NCBI GenBank assembly: GCA_951406725.2
Contig: OX597815.1
Location: 214,644,001-214,708,000, forward strand
DNA: 64,000 nt
Source: Octopus vulgaris
Taxonomy: Eukaryota
Direction of reading: 5' to 3'
The position numbers and the translations under genes are program-made. Numbering within the stretch: the first letter of the stretch is position 1; the number at the start of each line of letters is the position of its first letter. Of the stretch, positions 24,937 to 38,355 are shown in pieces. Under the pieces are notes generated by a model, which did no database searches, was not told the DNA's origin, and worked only from the letters and a program-made list of their open reading frames with translations.

Positions 24937-26059
24937 ACACATGTGTTTCCTTGAGTCATCCCCTAACTTCCAAACTTTGTGGAGTGAACTTAGTAAAATA
25001 AAAACTGTACTGAAACTTGTTAGATTGTTTGTACTAGTTCACGTTTACTAGACTCAATTTCATGCATGTTTTAACACCACTATCACCTCCAATACCACCA
25101 CCACCACCACCACCACCACCACTACCTGTTTAGAATCGTTTGCCACTGTGCAATAAATGCATAATAAAATATTTCCCTGAGACCAGAAGTACTGGATTTA
25201 AAAAATAAACAAGTTTCACAATTGGTGCCTTGAGCAGAGTCCATTCTGTTGCAAACTGCTTCCTACTGCAGTAATACATGACTCATTATATCTTCTTTTC
25301 TTTCCCCACTCTCCATGTCATGCAGGTCCTGCAAGAAGGCACAAGTATTGAACTTCCTTTTCTTAGTAAGTCATAAAGGAAAGTCTCAAAGAGAATGGCT
25401 TTAGTTAAAGTTAAAGGTAGGAAAATTCAAATGAAATGTTAAGTTGCCACACTGCTATGAAAACTGGGTCATAGACACAATTTACTTGCAGCTTATCAGC
25501 ATTGAATGGTGGCACATTGAATATGAATGTCTGCATATATGTGTATGTGTCTGTGTGTGTGTATTATATTTAGTGAAAGCGCATAGCTCAGTGGTTAGAG
25601 TGTCAGACTCACAATCATGAGGTAGTGTGTTTGATTCCCGGACTGGGCCCTGTGCTGTGTTCTTGAGCAAGACACTTTATTTCACGCTGCTCCAGTTCAC
25701 TCAGCTGTAGAAATGTGTTGCAGCATCACTGGTGCCAAGCTGGATTGGCCCCTTTTGCCTTTCCCTTGGATAATAAAAAAATCATGCTATTTGTTACACA
25801 CTTGCAGCATGTTATCTACTGGTTCATTACATTTCTGAGGGCATCAGTGACAAGGGAGTGTCTTTAGCTCAGTGCTGAACAAATATTCTTTAAAACTTTC
25901 TTGCTATTATCTAAATCCTTTCTGAAATACTTTGGCAGAGGACACAGACACCCACATACACTCACTCATACATACATATATTGTTATATTCAATGAGCTT
26001 CTACACAGATTTTGTCTTTCAAATTCCTCTCATAAAGGTTTGGTCAAACTGAGACTATG

Positions 26060-26680
26060 GTACCAAGATGCAAAAATATTCTAGCAGTTTGAATAAGCCC
26101 CAAAACATATTCAGCATATACTAAACATATTTTCATCAACAAATTCCTAGAATTTCAACAGTTCCAAAATTTAGAAAATGTCTTTCTTGGAATGAGCAAA
26201 TATTGTAAATTATAGTATTTTAGGAACAATGAATCTCGAAGCAAAAAAGCTATAAACAATGCTTTGTAAAAACCTTTTACTTCTGTCCAAAGAGATTTTA
26301 ACCTGATATTTACATGCTATTGTTCATAGCTTTATTTTATTTGAGATTCACTGTTCCATAACAGAATTATTTCTCGTTCTTGAAGTTTCAAAATTCTTAT
26401 GATGTCAATATCATGTTTTATTTGTACAACACATATTCCTTTGTTACATTAATGTTTTTCACTTTTTAAAGTTTTCTCTACGGATATTCTATACAAGTTA
26501 AAGCCAGCACTAATTTGTTACAATGTTTTGTGTACAAATACATTTTTGTGATCAATGCGATCAAAGATAGAGGAATAGTCAATAGGTGTATTTGCATATT
26601 TCAAGAGTTGTGACTCCTTCTTCAGTACCACAACAAACCAATTAACCATCCATGAACACAGTGCTTAAATAGCCACCAAA
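26060..26680 (-). pseudogene. Fossil ORF fragment, unknown family
   Basis: One frame of ~185 codons with five stops by hand count; includes LYRISVEKTL (26493-26479) and GFYKALFIAF (26271-26245). Confidence 0.5.
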
Positions 26681-26687
26681 TATATAT

Positions 26688-26918
26688 ATTTCTTTACTGC
26701 CCACAAGGGGCTAAATATAGAGGGGACAAACAAGGACAGACAAAGGGATTAAGTCGATTACATTGACCCCAGTGCAAAACTGGTACTTTATTTATCAACC
26801 CCGAAAGGATGAAAGGCAAAGTTGACCTTGGCGGAATTTGAACTCAAAATGTAATGACAGACAAAATACCGCTAAGCATTTTACCCGGCGCGCTAATGTT
26901 TCTGCCAGCTCGCCGCCT
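26688..26918 (-). mobile_element. SINE family B, alternative-tail subfamily
   Basis: Meta-like core; tail ...tttagccccttgtgggcagtaaagaaata; sister copy at 35606-35832. Confidence 0.85.
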
Positions 26919-27923
26919 TATATAGCAGTGTAACATGATTGGATGTACCAATTTTACATATAAATACATTCTTGGCAACTGGTATGTACATATTAATTGC
27001 TAGTAGGGACACTGCATTTCATCATGCAACCATAATATATTACCAAGTATATTAAAAGTAAAAAGCATTGAGTCCACTCTACAGAGTGATTGGTGTCAGG
27101 AAGGGCATCCAGCTGTAAAAATCCTGCCAAAGAAAGCACAATAGCCTGGGGGTAGTCTTCTACCTGGCCAATCATCCTACTCATGCATGCATGGAGGACA
27201 GATGTTAAACATTGATGATGATTAAGAGCTTATAAGTCAATACTGTGCCCGCTTGTGTTAGCAGTGCTATTAATTAATATTTTTGTCAGTTTTCCAAGTT
27301 TTGTAAATTATTGCTTTTGAGATGAAATATAATTGTTATAGACTTTTCAGCTGTTGCATTTTCATTGCTTCTAATATCATCATCATCATCATCATCATCA
27401 TCATTTAACATCCGTTTTCCATGCTGGCATGGGTTGGATGGTTTGACTGAGGCCTGGCAAGCCACTAGGCTGCACCAGGCTCCAAAATACAATATATAAA
27501 TTTTTGAAAAGTGCATAACTTTCATCCTTGCTACTCTTATTTCTTATAAACATACCAACTTCCACCCTACAACCTCTTACACAGCTCCTTACCAAACATG
27601 CCATCTACTTTCAAATCCTCCCATGACCACTCTGCAAAATATAATCACGACTTTGAAGCCCAGTCTCAACAAATGGGGCAGCTCTTTATTCGTCAGGTTA
27701 CTCACCCTCTCACTCCAATCCAAGTTGTCCTCATCCATCTCCATCAAATCAACTGCACCTCTCTCTTTTCATCCTATGTCCATTCCAGTTCCAACAGCCT
27801 TTCCATCTCCCTCACCGACAATCCACCCATGCCACCCTACTCCCTTTTCCAGCACACTATCCTACAAGCCTTCTTCTCCACCAATCTAATCTTTCCTTTT
27901 CTCAACTCCTATTCCCTAATCCA

Positions 27924-28170
27924 TGGAGACACGTGGCTTAGGGGTTAGGGTGTCAGCACCATGATCGTAAGATTGTGGTTTCGATTCTTGGACCGGGTGA
28001 CGCATTGTGTTCTTGAGCAAAACACTTCATTTCACTTTGCTCCAGTCCACTCAGCTGGTAAAAATGAGTAATGCTGCAATGGACTGGCATTCCGTCCAGC
28101 TGGGGAACACATATGCCACAGAAACCGGGAAAACGGGCCCTTGAGCCTGGCTAGGCTTTAAAAAGGGCGC
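27924..28170 (+). mobile_element. Full-length family-G SINE with 13-bp TSD
   Basis: TSD attccctaatcca at 27911-27923 and 28171-28183. Confidence 0.9.
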
Positions 28171-28681
28171 ATTCCCTAATCCACTCTTATCCCTCTTTAA
28201 GTTTGCCTGCAACTTCTATGATTTCTTTGTAACTCCTTCCCATTTCCCAAAACCAGCCAGGACCCCCTTCTCTGTTCACAACTCTCTTGCTATGCCTGCA
28301 TGTATATCTATGTGTGTGTGTGTGTTTTTACTATTTGTAACCTCATTCAAAACTATTACATTATCTTCAGTACATGTTCCTGTTATAAAGACTAAAGGCA
28401 GATAATGCCACTTAGTAGTATTAGCCTTAAATAATTTACAGCATGTGTGAGTATGTATGTGTGTGTGGAGAGAGAAAGAGAGAACTAGGAATCAAAAGTA
28501 CAAGTATGTTGAGTTGTGGGTGGCAAAGATGGGGAATAATACTAAGTAAATATTTTTCTACACTAGATAAGCAATCATTACTTAGAGTATTGATCACCTA
28601 TAAATTATTGAAACAAAATGCTCCAGGTTTTATCATTCATATTATTCCCATTCTATAATATTTATGACGACATAGTGTTAT

Positions 28682-29055
28682 AGGGGCAGGCGTGGCCCCA
28701 TGGTAAAAAGCTTGCTTCCCAGCCACATGGTTCCAGTCCCACTCTGTGGCACCTTAGGCAAGTGTCTTCTACAATAGCCTTGAGCCAACCAAAGCCTTGT
28801 GAGTGGATTTGGTAGAAGGAAACTGAAAGAAGCCCATTGAACATGTGTGTGTGTGTTTGTCCTCCACCACCACCGCTTGACAAATGGTGTTCATTTGTTT
28901 ACATCCCCATAACTTAATGGTTTGAGAAAAAGAGTCCAATAGAATAAGTACCAGGCTTTTATAAAAAAAAGTACTGGGGTCAATTCATTCAACTAAAAGT
29001 TCTCCAAAATAGTGCCCCAGTATGGCCACAGCCTAATGACTGAAACAGATAAAAG
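28682..29055 (+). mobile_element. Family-A SINE, older copy
   Basis: Head, CORE-like box, (TG)n and ccagtatggccacagcctaatgactgaaac tail. Confidence 0.8.
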
Positions 29056-29174
29056 GCAATAGTTAAAGATAGTAAGGGTCTTAACTGATTACACACCCAC
29101 TGAGCTAATTCTTTCCCTTTGCTTTTGCTTTTCTAAGGAATGTATTATAGATTAAACCCTTAAATATATCAATG

Positions 29175-29474
29175 TGGAGGCACATGGCCTAGTGGTTAGA
29201 GCAGCAGATTCGCAGTCGAAGGATCGCGGGTTCGAATCTCAGACTGAGTGATGTGTGTGTTTATGAGTGAAACACCTAAGCTCCACGCGGCTCCAGCAGA
29301 AGGTAATGGCAAACTTCTGCTGACTCTTTCACCACAACTTTCTCTCACTCTTTCCTCCTGCATCTTGCAGCTCACCTGTGACAGACAGGCGTCCCGTCCA
29401 GGTGGGGAACCTATACGCCAAGGAAACCGGGAAACTGGCCCTTATGAGCCAGGCGTGGCTCGAGAAGGAACGAA
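29175..29474 (+). mobile_element. Full-length family-D SINE with 14-bp TSD
   Basis: TSD taaatatatcaatg at 29161-29174 and 29475-29488; A box tggcctagtgg, B box ggttcgaatct. Confidence 0.92.
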
Positions 29475-29739
29475 TAAATATATCAATGGTGTAGTGATAT
29501 ATGCATTGTTAACCCAAGTAAGATAACAGGCTAAACAGCCCACCTATGTTCTATTGGAAATTAAACTAAGAGAATGAGATATTTGAGTAGTTCTATAACA
29601 AAGTATTCTTTTTGAGGTTATTTTTACCTTCCTACTTTAAATTGACTTTATTTCTTGGATTATGGCCATGTTGTGGCATTAGCTTCAAGATTTTTCAAAA
29701 TGAAATATATTCAGCTAGTGCATGCATGCACACCTACAC

Positions 29740-30032
29740 GTGAGTACTGTCTAAATCTCCGACCAATCACATACAGCTAGCTGGCATTCAATTGGCGTAT
29801 CAAGTTTCAGGCATTTTAATTGGGTCTTGGATAGAAAATTCACAAAAAAGTCACTTCTATTGATTTTTTAATGGCTTTGCGGATTGACTGGGGAAATGTA
29901 AAGATGTGCACCACCAGTCTTGGACGGTTTTGAATGACCATAGAAAGTGTGAGCCCTCTAACTGAAAAATTGTGGATTTGTATAAAGGACACACACACAG
30001 ACAGACATTTTGCCATTTATATAAAGAGAGAT
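29740..30032 (-). mobile_element. Helitron/HINE-like 5' end
   Basis: Minus strand starts atctctctttatataaatggcaaaatgtctgtctgtgtgtg, same style as 224, 15798 and 39851; 3' end not located. Confidence 0.45.
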
Positions 30033-30107
30033 AATATCAACTTCTGAAAGATAAAAGGCAAAAATCAACTTGAGCAACTCTGGAACTCAGGATGTAAAGG
30101 AATGTTA

Positions 30108-30237
30108 CTCTACTACCACCACCACCACCACCACCACTACTACTACTACTACTACCACCATGAACAACACTACTACTACTACTACCACCATCACTACTAC
30201 TAACACAATACTACTATTATTACAACTACTACTACTA

Positions 30238-30274
<37 letters not shown>

Positions 30275-30292
30275 ACCAACACCACCACTACT
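30108..30292. repeat. Compound (ACC)n/(ACT)n microsatellite
   Basis: Seen directly. Confidence 0.95.
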
Positions 30293-31134
30293 TATAGTGC
30301 TGTAGCCCTAATTAGCTGAAGGGAATGATCTTAGTCTTTGGAGCTGCAAGATGACCTCACTAATGTTGGGGACTATGTAAAAAAGTACCCAATATACTCT
30401 GTAAAGTGGTTAGCATTAAGAAAGGCATTCAGCTACAAAAACTATGCTTAAGTAGACAGTGGATCCTCAGACCCTTTTAATCCTCTCAAACTGTAAAATC
30501 CCTACCAGCATGAAAGACAGACATTAAAAGATGATGATGATGATGATGATGGTGACATCAACCCCTATCTCCCAAATTAATTGGATAAGAAATTAATCCT
30601 CATCATAGATATAAAATTAAATCTGACTGTAGGTGTTTAATCTACAATGCTGACCATCATAAATTACTGGTAGGATTCAGTTAAGCCATCAAAGGAGCTT
30701 CTTTGTGGTCACTTGACCTGCTGTGAAATAACAGTCAAATTTCCTGCAAATCGCAAAAAGAAGAACACATTGAATAATGGATTCTAAGATACATCATCAT
30801 CATTGCCATTATCATTGTAACATCCACTTTTCTGTGCTTGCTTAGGTGAAATGGAATTCATTGAGACAGATTTTCTGTAACTGCATCTATTTTCTGTCAG
30901 CATCCCTGTTTCCAAGGAAGGTCGTATTTCCCGATGGTTTAAATATGTTTTCACAGAAAATTGGAAACAAACAATAGGTTGCCTGCACAATAATGAGTCT
31001 TGTTTATAGCCACTACACACTGTCAAGACAAAGAGCCACAGTCACACATATATGCATACCATTCTATTATCGTTTGCTTGTTTTACCCATTAGACTGTGA
31101 CCATACAGTCTAGTGGGTAAAACAGCCATGTATG

Positions 31135-31175
<41 letters not shown>

Positions 31176-31335
31176 ATATATATGTGTATATATATATATA
31201 TGTATGTGTATATATATATATATCTGTATGTGTATATTTATATATATATATATATATATGTATGTGTATATATATGTATGTATGTATATATGTATGTATA
31301 TATATATAATGTATATATATATAATGTATATATAT

Positions 31336-31595
31336 ACGCGGTTGTAGGATTGTAGTTTCGATTCCCATACCTGTGTTTATTGAGTGAAAACGCCTAAAAA
31401 AGCTCCACGAGGCTCTGGCAGGGTGGTGGGGGGTGACGATCCCTGCTGTACTCTTTCCTCACAACTTTCTCTCACTCTTTCTTCTGTTGGCCTGCTCACT
31501 TAGCCAGCGGTGTGGCATCATTTGAAAGCTAAAACAATGCGAAGCGCATTGTGACCAGCGATGTGTAGCAACATCTGATAGCCTGGTCAGTCACA

Positions 31596-31600
<5 letters not shown>
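31336..31600 (+). mobile_element. SINE family E (5'-truncated), related to family D
   Basis: Reverse-complement homologue at 59105-59430. Confidence 0.8.
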
Positions 31601-31633
<33 letters not shown>

Positions 31634-31662
31634 GGAGTAATTACTATGAAGCATTGTGTAGA

Positions 31663-32303
31663 ATATATTGTATAAAGGATTGTGGGTAAGGCCAGAACAA
31701 TGCGAAGTAAATGCAAGGCAAATCACAAGAAATGTAAACTAACTTTGCATTCAATATTTCAGGGTTATTTCAAGAAATTAGTGAATGTTGCCAACGTGCA
31801 TGTGGGGAGTGGACATGCGCAGAAAGGTGTTGCTACAGCAACCAGCTAGCTCCCTGTAACTCTCTTCTGTTGTTAATATTTTGATTTTCTTTGGCGTATA
31901 AGGATAGCCTTGGAGATTCTAAGGTCACCCCTGTTGTGCTGTGTTGCCCAGATGTGCACTGTGAATTCCCGGGTCTGGCATTTACCACAATTCACAGTGC
32001 ACATCAGGGCGACCTTAGAATCTCTGAGGTCATCCTCATACACCAAAGGAAACCAAATATCAACAACAGGAGAAAGTTACAGGAAGCCAGCTGGTTGTTG
32101 TAGCAGCCTTTCCATGCATGCCCACTCCACACATGCTCACACACACACACACCAGTAACATTCGTTAATTTCTTGAAAATGGGGTCATAACCTTAAAATA
32201 TTGAATGCAAGGTAAGTCTACATTAATTCATATATTTGTTTTCTTGTGATCTGCCTTACTTTGCATTGTTCTCGCCTTACCCACGACCCTTTATACAATA
32301 TAT
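31663..32303. mobile_element. ~640-bp foldback (long-TIR) element
   Basis: ~300-bp imperfect inverted arms from atatattgtataaagg to cctttatacaatatat; 21-nt loop at 31968-31988. Confidence 0.88.
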
Positions 32304-32749
32304 GTGTGTGCGTGTGTGTGTGTACATGTTGGGCTTCTTTCAGTTTCCTTCTACCAAATCCATTCATATGGCTTTGATCAGTCTGGTGCTATAGCAGAAG
32401 ACACTTGATCAACATTCCACTCAGTAGGACTGAACCTGAAACCCTGTGGTTGGGAAGCAAATTTCTTAACCACACACCGTTGCCTTACCCAAATAAATAA
32501 ATAAAAAAGATGGTATGGTCATGGCTGGAATTCCTTTGATCATTGTTCTGTTCGATCAGGACTGACCTGGGGCTAAAAACAGCTGTAACAAGTACTTTAA
32601 TATCAATCAATTTAATAGTATTAGAATATTATTTACTTAAACAACATCAGTATTAACATTTATTATTATTACTAATTCTCTAATTGAAGAAGTAATTATT
32701 ATAACTTGTTTTTTCTACTTAACTAATTTTACAATTTCATTAATCAGTA

Positions 32750-33695
32750 ATTGCTTTCTCGTGCTGAACAACAGCATGTATCAGATGTTACATTGTGGAG
32801 ACTCCTGCACCCGAACAGAGAACAAAAACCACCCAACTACGTTGATGTTTTTGGCAACGACATACAACACGGAATTGGTGATCTACCAAAGTTAATGGCC
32901 AATAGAGATTTCTAGCACAGTTGTGTGAAATACATTTCAGTTGCAGCTAATTTAAGAAGAAGCAGAGAAGAATTTCTTAAATACACTATAGGCGCAGGAG
33001 TGGCTGTGTGGTAAGTAGCTTGCTTACCAACCATATAGTCCCGGGTTCAGTCCCACTGTGTGGCACCTTGGGCAAGTGTCTTCTACTATAGCCTCGGGCC
33101 GACCAAAGCCTTGTGAGTGGATTTGGTAGATGGAAACTGGAAGAAGCCCGTCGTATATGTATATGTATATATGTGAGTGTGTGTGTTTGTGTGATTGTGT
33201 TTGTCCCCCCAACATTGCTTGACAACCGATGCTGGTGTGTTTACATCCCCGTAACTTAGCAGTTCGGCAAAAGAGACCGATAGAATAAGTACTAGGCTTT
33301 CAAAGAATAAGCTCTGGGGTTGATTTGCTCGACTATAAAGGCGGTGCTCCAGCATGGCCACAGTCAAATGACTGAAACAAGTAAAAGAGTAAAGAGTAAT
33401 TAAATAGGAAAAGCCTTGAGAGTAAACCCTGTGGAAAAGTGAGGAGTTGTTCTGGCAATTCTTGTGATGATGCTGGTGCCAAATTACATCAGCCCTACTA
33501 TTCTTTTGGACCAGTCTGTGACACAGAGAAAGGAGCCATGCTGAAAGGACAACAATCTGTCTACCATACGATACTGTCCAAGCTTGATCCTATTAGACAC
33601 CCTATACTGGGGACACAGAACTGAACAACACATTGGAGAGGATATTCTGGCCTTGCCTGTGCTGTTAACACAGCACAGTAACCAACAGTTACTGG
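32750..33695 (-). pseudogene. Fossil ORF fragment split by the SINE at 32987-33397
   Basis: YLRNSSLLLLKL...AINFGRSPIPCC resembles NYSINLF*MFRKL...IIMGRASPVCS at 45300-45225. Confidence 0.35.
32987..33397 (+). mobile_element. Full-length young family-A SINE
   Basis: ataggcgcaggagtggctgtgtgg head, ggttcagtccc B-like box, accttgggcaagt CORE-like box, central (TA/TG)n, tail cagtcaaatgactgaaac(aagtaaaagag)n. Confidence 0.92.
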
Positions 33696-33718
33696 TTATA
33701 AGTCATTATTATCATTAG

Positions 33719-34025
33719 TGGAGGCACATGGCCTAGTGGTTAGAGCAGCGGACTCACAGTCATAGGATTGCGGGTTCGAATCTCAGACCAGGCGATATGT
33801 GTGTTTATGAGCGAAAAACCTAAGCTCCACACGGCTCCGGCAGAAGGTAATGGCGAACTTCTGCTGACTCTTTCGCCACCACTTTCTCTCACTCTTTCCT
33901 CCTGCATCTTGCAGCTCACCTGCGACGGACCGGCGTCCTGTCCAGGTGGGGAACCTATACGCCAAGGAAACCGGGAAACCGGCCCTTATGAGCCAGGCAT
34001 GGCTCAAGAAGGAACAAGTAAACAA
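33719..34025 (+). mobile_element. Full-length family-D SINE
   Basis: High similarity to 29175-29474. Confidence 0.9.
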
Positions 34026-34614
34026 CTAAGACATTTATCCATGGTCATTAATGATAGATGACGGCTTCAGAAACAGATAAATAAATTCAGGTGGTGAGAA
34101 TCTTATAGACCCCTGCACTTTGTTTCATCATTGTTCTAACATCCAGCTTTCCATACTTTGCATAAGTCAGATGGAATTTGTTGAGGCAGATTTTCTGTGG
34201 CTGGTTGCTCTTCCTGTTACCAACCCTCAGCTGTTTCCAAGTAAGGTTCCATTTCTCCTTGACTGGACATGTTTTCATGGCAGTTTGAATATGAACGACA
34301 CCACTTGTATGATGGTGACACTCATTTTACAGCTATCACACAATGTCAAGACAAGGACAAAAACACACCTATGTATTATTACATATATGATTTGAAAACA
34401 CAACACCTAATAACCAAATGACATATCTTTTGTACCCCTCTGATGAGATTTTGCCTAATACAATGCTTTAATTATTGTAATTTAATATTTTAGGCTAAAT
34501 TAAATCAGGTGTAGGAGAATATGTTGGATTTTTGCAGATAATAAATTATATTAATGCTACATCTCCATTTTCTAATTTTTGTTTATATAATACGCATACT
34601 CACAAACTCGGTGA

Positions 34615-34866
34615 ATGGCATCCGTTGCTAGTGGAGCGCTAAGAGTACCATACGGGTGAGATCGTTGCCAGAGCAACAAGCTGGCCCTCGTGCCAGTGGC
34701 ACGTAAAAGCACCCACTACACTCTCGGAGTGGTTGGCGTTAGGAAGGGCACCCAACTGTAGAAACTCTGCCAGATCAGATTGGAGTCTGGTTCGCCAGAC
34801 CTCAGTCAAATCGTCCAACCCATGGTAGCATGGAAAGCGGACATTAAATGATGATGACGATGATGA
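34615..34866 (+). mobile_element. RTE 3'-UTR-only copy
   Basis: gtgccagtggcacgtaaaagcacccactacactctcggagtggttggcgttaggaagggc ... (GAT)n. Confidence 0.85.
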
Positions 34867-35265
34867 TATATATATATATATACTTTATAAAGTGGTTGGC
34901 ATTAGGAAGGGCATCTATAAGTAGAAACTGTGCCAAAGTAGACAGTAGAGCTTGGTATATACTTCTGACTTGCCAGCTCCTGTCAAACTGCCCAGCCTGT
35001 ACCAGCATGAAAGAAAGAAGTTAAAGAATGAGGACGTGATGATGATGCTGGGCTTCTTTCAGTTTCTGTCTACCAAATCCACTCACAAGGCTTTCGATGG
35101 CCTGTGGCTATAACAGAAGAAGTTGTTGCTTATTTGTATGCTATAAAATAACTAATATCATTCTTCAAGTTATCTCAATGAAATAGGATTCTAAGGAAGT
35201 AGAATTAGGTTTCTGACTCTGAGACACAATGAAATATGAGCAATAAGGATATATGTTCTGCGGTG

Positions 35266-35300
<35 letters not shown>

Positions 35301-35442
35301 GGGGGGAGCAAGAGAGAGGTGCAGGAGTGGCCGTGTGGTAAGGAATTTGCTTCCCAATTGCATGATTCCTGGTTGTCCAACTGCATGACACATTGGGCAA
35401 GTGGGTTTGGTAGACATAAACTAAAAGAAGCCCATCATATAT

Positions 35443-35490
<48 letters not shown>

Positions 35491-35605
35491 AGAGTTTAAA
35501 TGTACAGAAAACAAAGGACAAAGACAGGTGAGGGAACAACAAGCAGGTGTGTGTGTGTGTGTGTATGTATGTTATTGGTTATGGTCATGTAATAATTTCT
35601 TATTT

Positions 35606-35832
35606 CCTTATTGCCCACAAGGGGCTAAACATAGAGGGGACAAACAAGGACAGACAAAGGGATTAAGTCGATTATATCAACCCCAGTGTGTAACTGATAC
35701 TTATTTAATCGACCCTGAAAGAATGAAAGGCAAAGTCGACCTCAGCAGAATTTGAACTCAGAACATAACAGTAGATGAAATACCGCTAAGCATTTCGTCC
35801 GGCGTGCTACCATTTCTGCCAGCTCACCACCT
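35606..35832 (-). mobile_element. SINE family B, alternative-tail subfamily
   Basis: Sister of 26688-26918. Confidence 0.85.
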
Positions 35833-35990
35833 GTAATAGTCATGCAATAATTTGCATGAAACAGACATACTGCTTAGCAATATGGGAATATAACCACTGT
35901 ATTTTTCATATTAAGTGTACCTATTTCCTAACTTGCAGATGACTAACTAATAAAATACATGTGTATGTGTTTACATATATTGTCGGGTAA

Positions 35991-36123
35991 TATATTCCTG
36001 GTTATGGTACATAACCAGTCAGAAAGAGCACATCCGAAGGGTCGTCAGTATTGCCAAGTCCAATAGAAGACATGAAACCAAAGATAACTTTCTGACTAGT
36101 TATATCCCATAATGAGGAATATA
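35991..36123. mobile_element. Small palindromic element (MITE-like)
   Basis: 36-bp imperfect inverted arms tatattcctggttatggtacataaccagtcagaaag / ctttctgactagttatatcccataatgaggaatata. Confidence 0.65.
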
Positions 36124-36355
36124 CTACTTAACTGTATAAAAGTATAACAGAGCAAATTTTCTTACATCTGACCGATATTTATACACACACACACAAACAC
36201 ACTCTTACATGCTTTCTGACCACACAATAACATCAATAGCCAACCAATTTCTGGCACTTGGTGATTCTTTCATCTATGCACTCTCTTTTGTTTTGCTCTC
36301 CATTTTCTCCTCACTCTTTCCTGTTCATGTGGAAGTTGTGAGAATATTTTTATTC

Positions 36356-36441
<86 letters not shown>

Positions 36442-36522
36442 CGTGTGTGTGTGTATGTGCATATATATATGTGTATATATATATATATGTGCATATATAA
36501 TATATATATGTCAGTGCATATA

Positions 36523-36568
<46 letters not shown>

Positions 36569-36649
36569 GCATGTGCACACATACATGTTCACACACATGC
36601 AGACAGACATATTTAAAGCTAAGATTAACATGTTCAATCTCTATTCTAT

Positions 36650-37350
36650 TTTTGTACATTAGAAATTGCTGCAGACACTTCTGTCGCAGTGCACCACAAA
36701 CGTCACTTTGCAATCACCTCAACAGTTGATTTATTGATTTGCATTAAAGATAATATTAAACCAAAAGTTTGGTTGAAATTCTCAAGTATTAATTCTTCTG
36801 AGACCAAAGAGAAATGCACCAAAGAAATCATCTTTTTGTTTGTTTTGCCTTGTTTTTCTTTTTCCTTATTCCATTGTTATTACAAACTGCATTTGGTGCT
36901 GGTTGTGAATCAGGTGATCTCCTTTATGTCTGTCACCTGTGACAAGTGCAAGACAGATATCTGCCTGGAGATATTACTAGAGGCAGATAGATATTTGAAT
37001 TGCATTTAAGCCTGCAGCATGTTGATGTAACCTGTGGCATGTTGATATCAACAATAAAATACCATAATACCGTGTGATATCTCTTCATCAAAGTCGATAT
37101 AAACTGTAGCTTGTGAGCCAAGTCTGTTGACACTTATTCTGTATATCTGTTCTTGACAATAAAAATAAAAGCTGTTGTTCTAACTTATGTTCTCTTCCTC
37201 TTTAATTAATTAACAACAGAAGATAATAACCTTGATATAATCTGTAGCAAGATATCTATTTTGGTGAAACTGATAACACAATATTTGTCATCATATAACT
37301 TGTGACTGAGAGCATTATTGTGATATTGCTTGAGGCAGTAGATATTGATT
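36650..37350 (-). pseudogene. Fossil ORF fragment, unknown family
   Basis: IYRISVNRLGSQATVYIDFDEEISHGIMVFYC* ... INKSTVEVIAK* in one frame with scattered stops. Confidence 0.5.
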
Positions 37351-37571
37351 AAATATTGTATATGTGTGTTTATATACATGATGCAAGTGATATTTTAAGT
37401 TTAAGTATCGAGTTGTAAAATATTTTTAGTACACATATATATATACACACACACATATACCACAGACAATTTCAAACTGTACTGACTTCAGATAACAATA
37501 TCCACTCACTTAATTGTGAATTCTAATGATGTTGGTGGTGGGAGTGGTAGGGGTGGGTTATTATTACTGCT

Positions 37572-37605
<34 letters not shown>

Positions 37606-37837
37606 AGGTAGTGAGCTCGCAGCGCTTAACTGCATTTCTTCCAACTTTGTGTTCAGATTTCACTGAGGTTAACTTTGCCTTTCATTTTTTCAGGAACCGA
37701 TAAAATAAGTACCAGTTGAACACTGGGGTCAATGTAATTGACGTACCCCCTCCTCCGAGCTTGTTGGCCTTGTGACACATTTGAAACCACCACTACCATA
37801 ATAATAATAATAATTATTATTATTATAGACGTGGACA

Positions 37838-38355
37838 CTATAAAGGAGGCAAATGCGAGTACTTGACCAGTTCCACCTCCACTGCTTGCGAAAAATCATG
37901 GGAACTTCCTGGGAGGACAGAGTCTCCAACATTGAGGGTCTCCGCAGAGGTGAAATGCTCGTAATCAAAGCCCTCATCATGAAGGCCCAGCTCCAGTGGG
38001 TCGGACATGTAACCCGAATGGATGATCTTCTTCTCTGAGCTGGCTTCTGGAGCAAGAAACCCTGGAAGGCCACTGAGGCAATACAAGGGCAGCCTGAAAA
38101 CTTCCCTTGAGGCCTGTGGCATTTCAGCCCATGGCTGGGAATCGCTTGCCTCTGACTGCGGTGCCTGGCATCCAGCTGTCCAAAAGGGTGTTAGGCTGTT
38201 CGAGGAAAAGTGCCTGAAGAGCCTGGACCAGAAGTGACAAGCACTACTTCTGCTGTTACATGCCCAACATGTGGCCGTGTCTGTGCGTCTGCCTTTGGAT
38301 TCCGCTCCTACCTCCGGCATCACTGATGTCATTGTCGAACCCCAACAGACTTCCA
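37838..38355 (+). mobile_element. 5'-truncated RTE (BovB-like) LINE with terminal C2H2-like finger
   Basis: LDQFHLHCLRKIMGTSWEDRVSN..QLQWVGHVTRMDD / FSELASGARNPGRPLRQYKGSLK / TCPTCGRVCASAFGFRSYLRHH*; deletion and frameshift. Confidence 0.9.

Noticed and set aside
29175-29250. tRNA genes
   Set aside because: The A/B-box heads continue into SINE bodies with TSDs, and no complete cloverleaf is evident
32751-32915. Plus-strand frame LLSRAEQQHVSDVTLWRLLHP...
   Set aside because: No usable start or splice sites and no recognisable homology; probably the antisense shadow of the minus-strand fossil
36689-37009. 106-aa plus-strand ORF
   Set aside because: It lies codon-registered antisense to the minus-strand fossil frame and has no recognisable product
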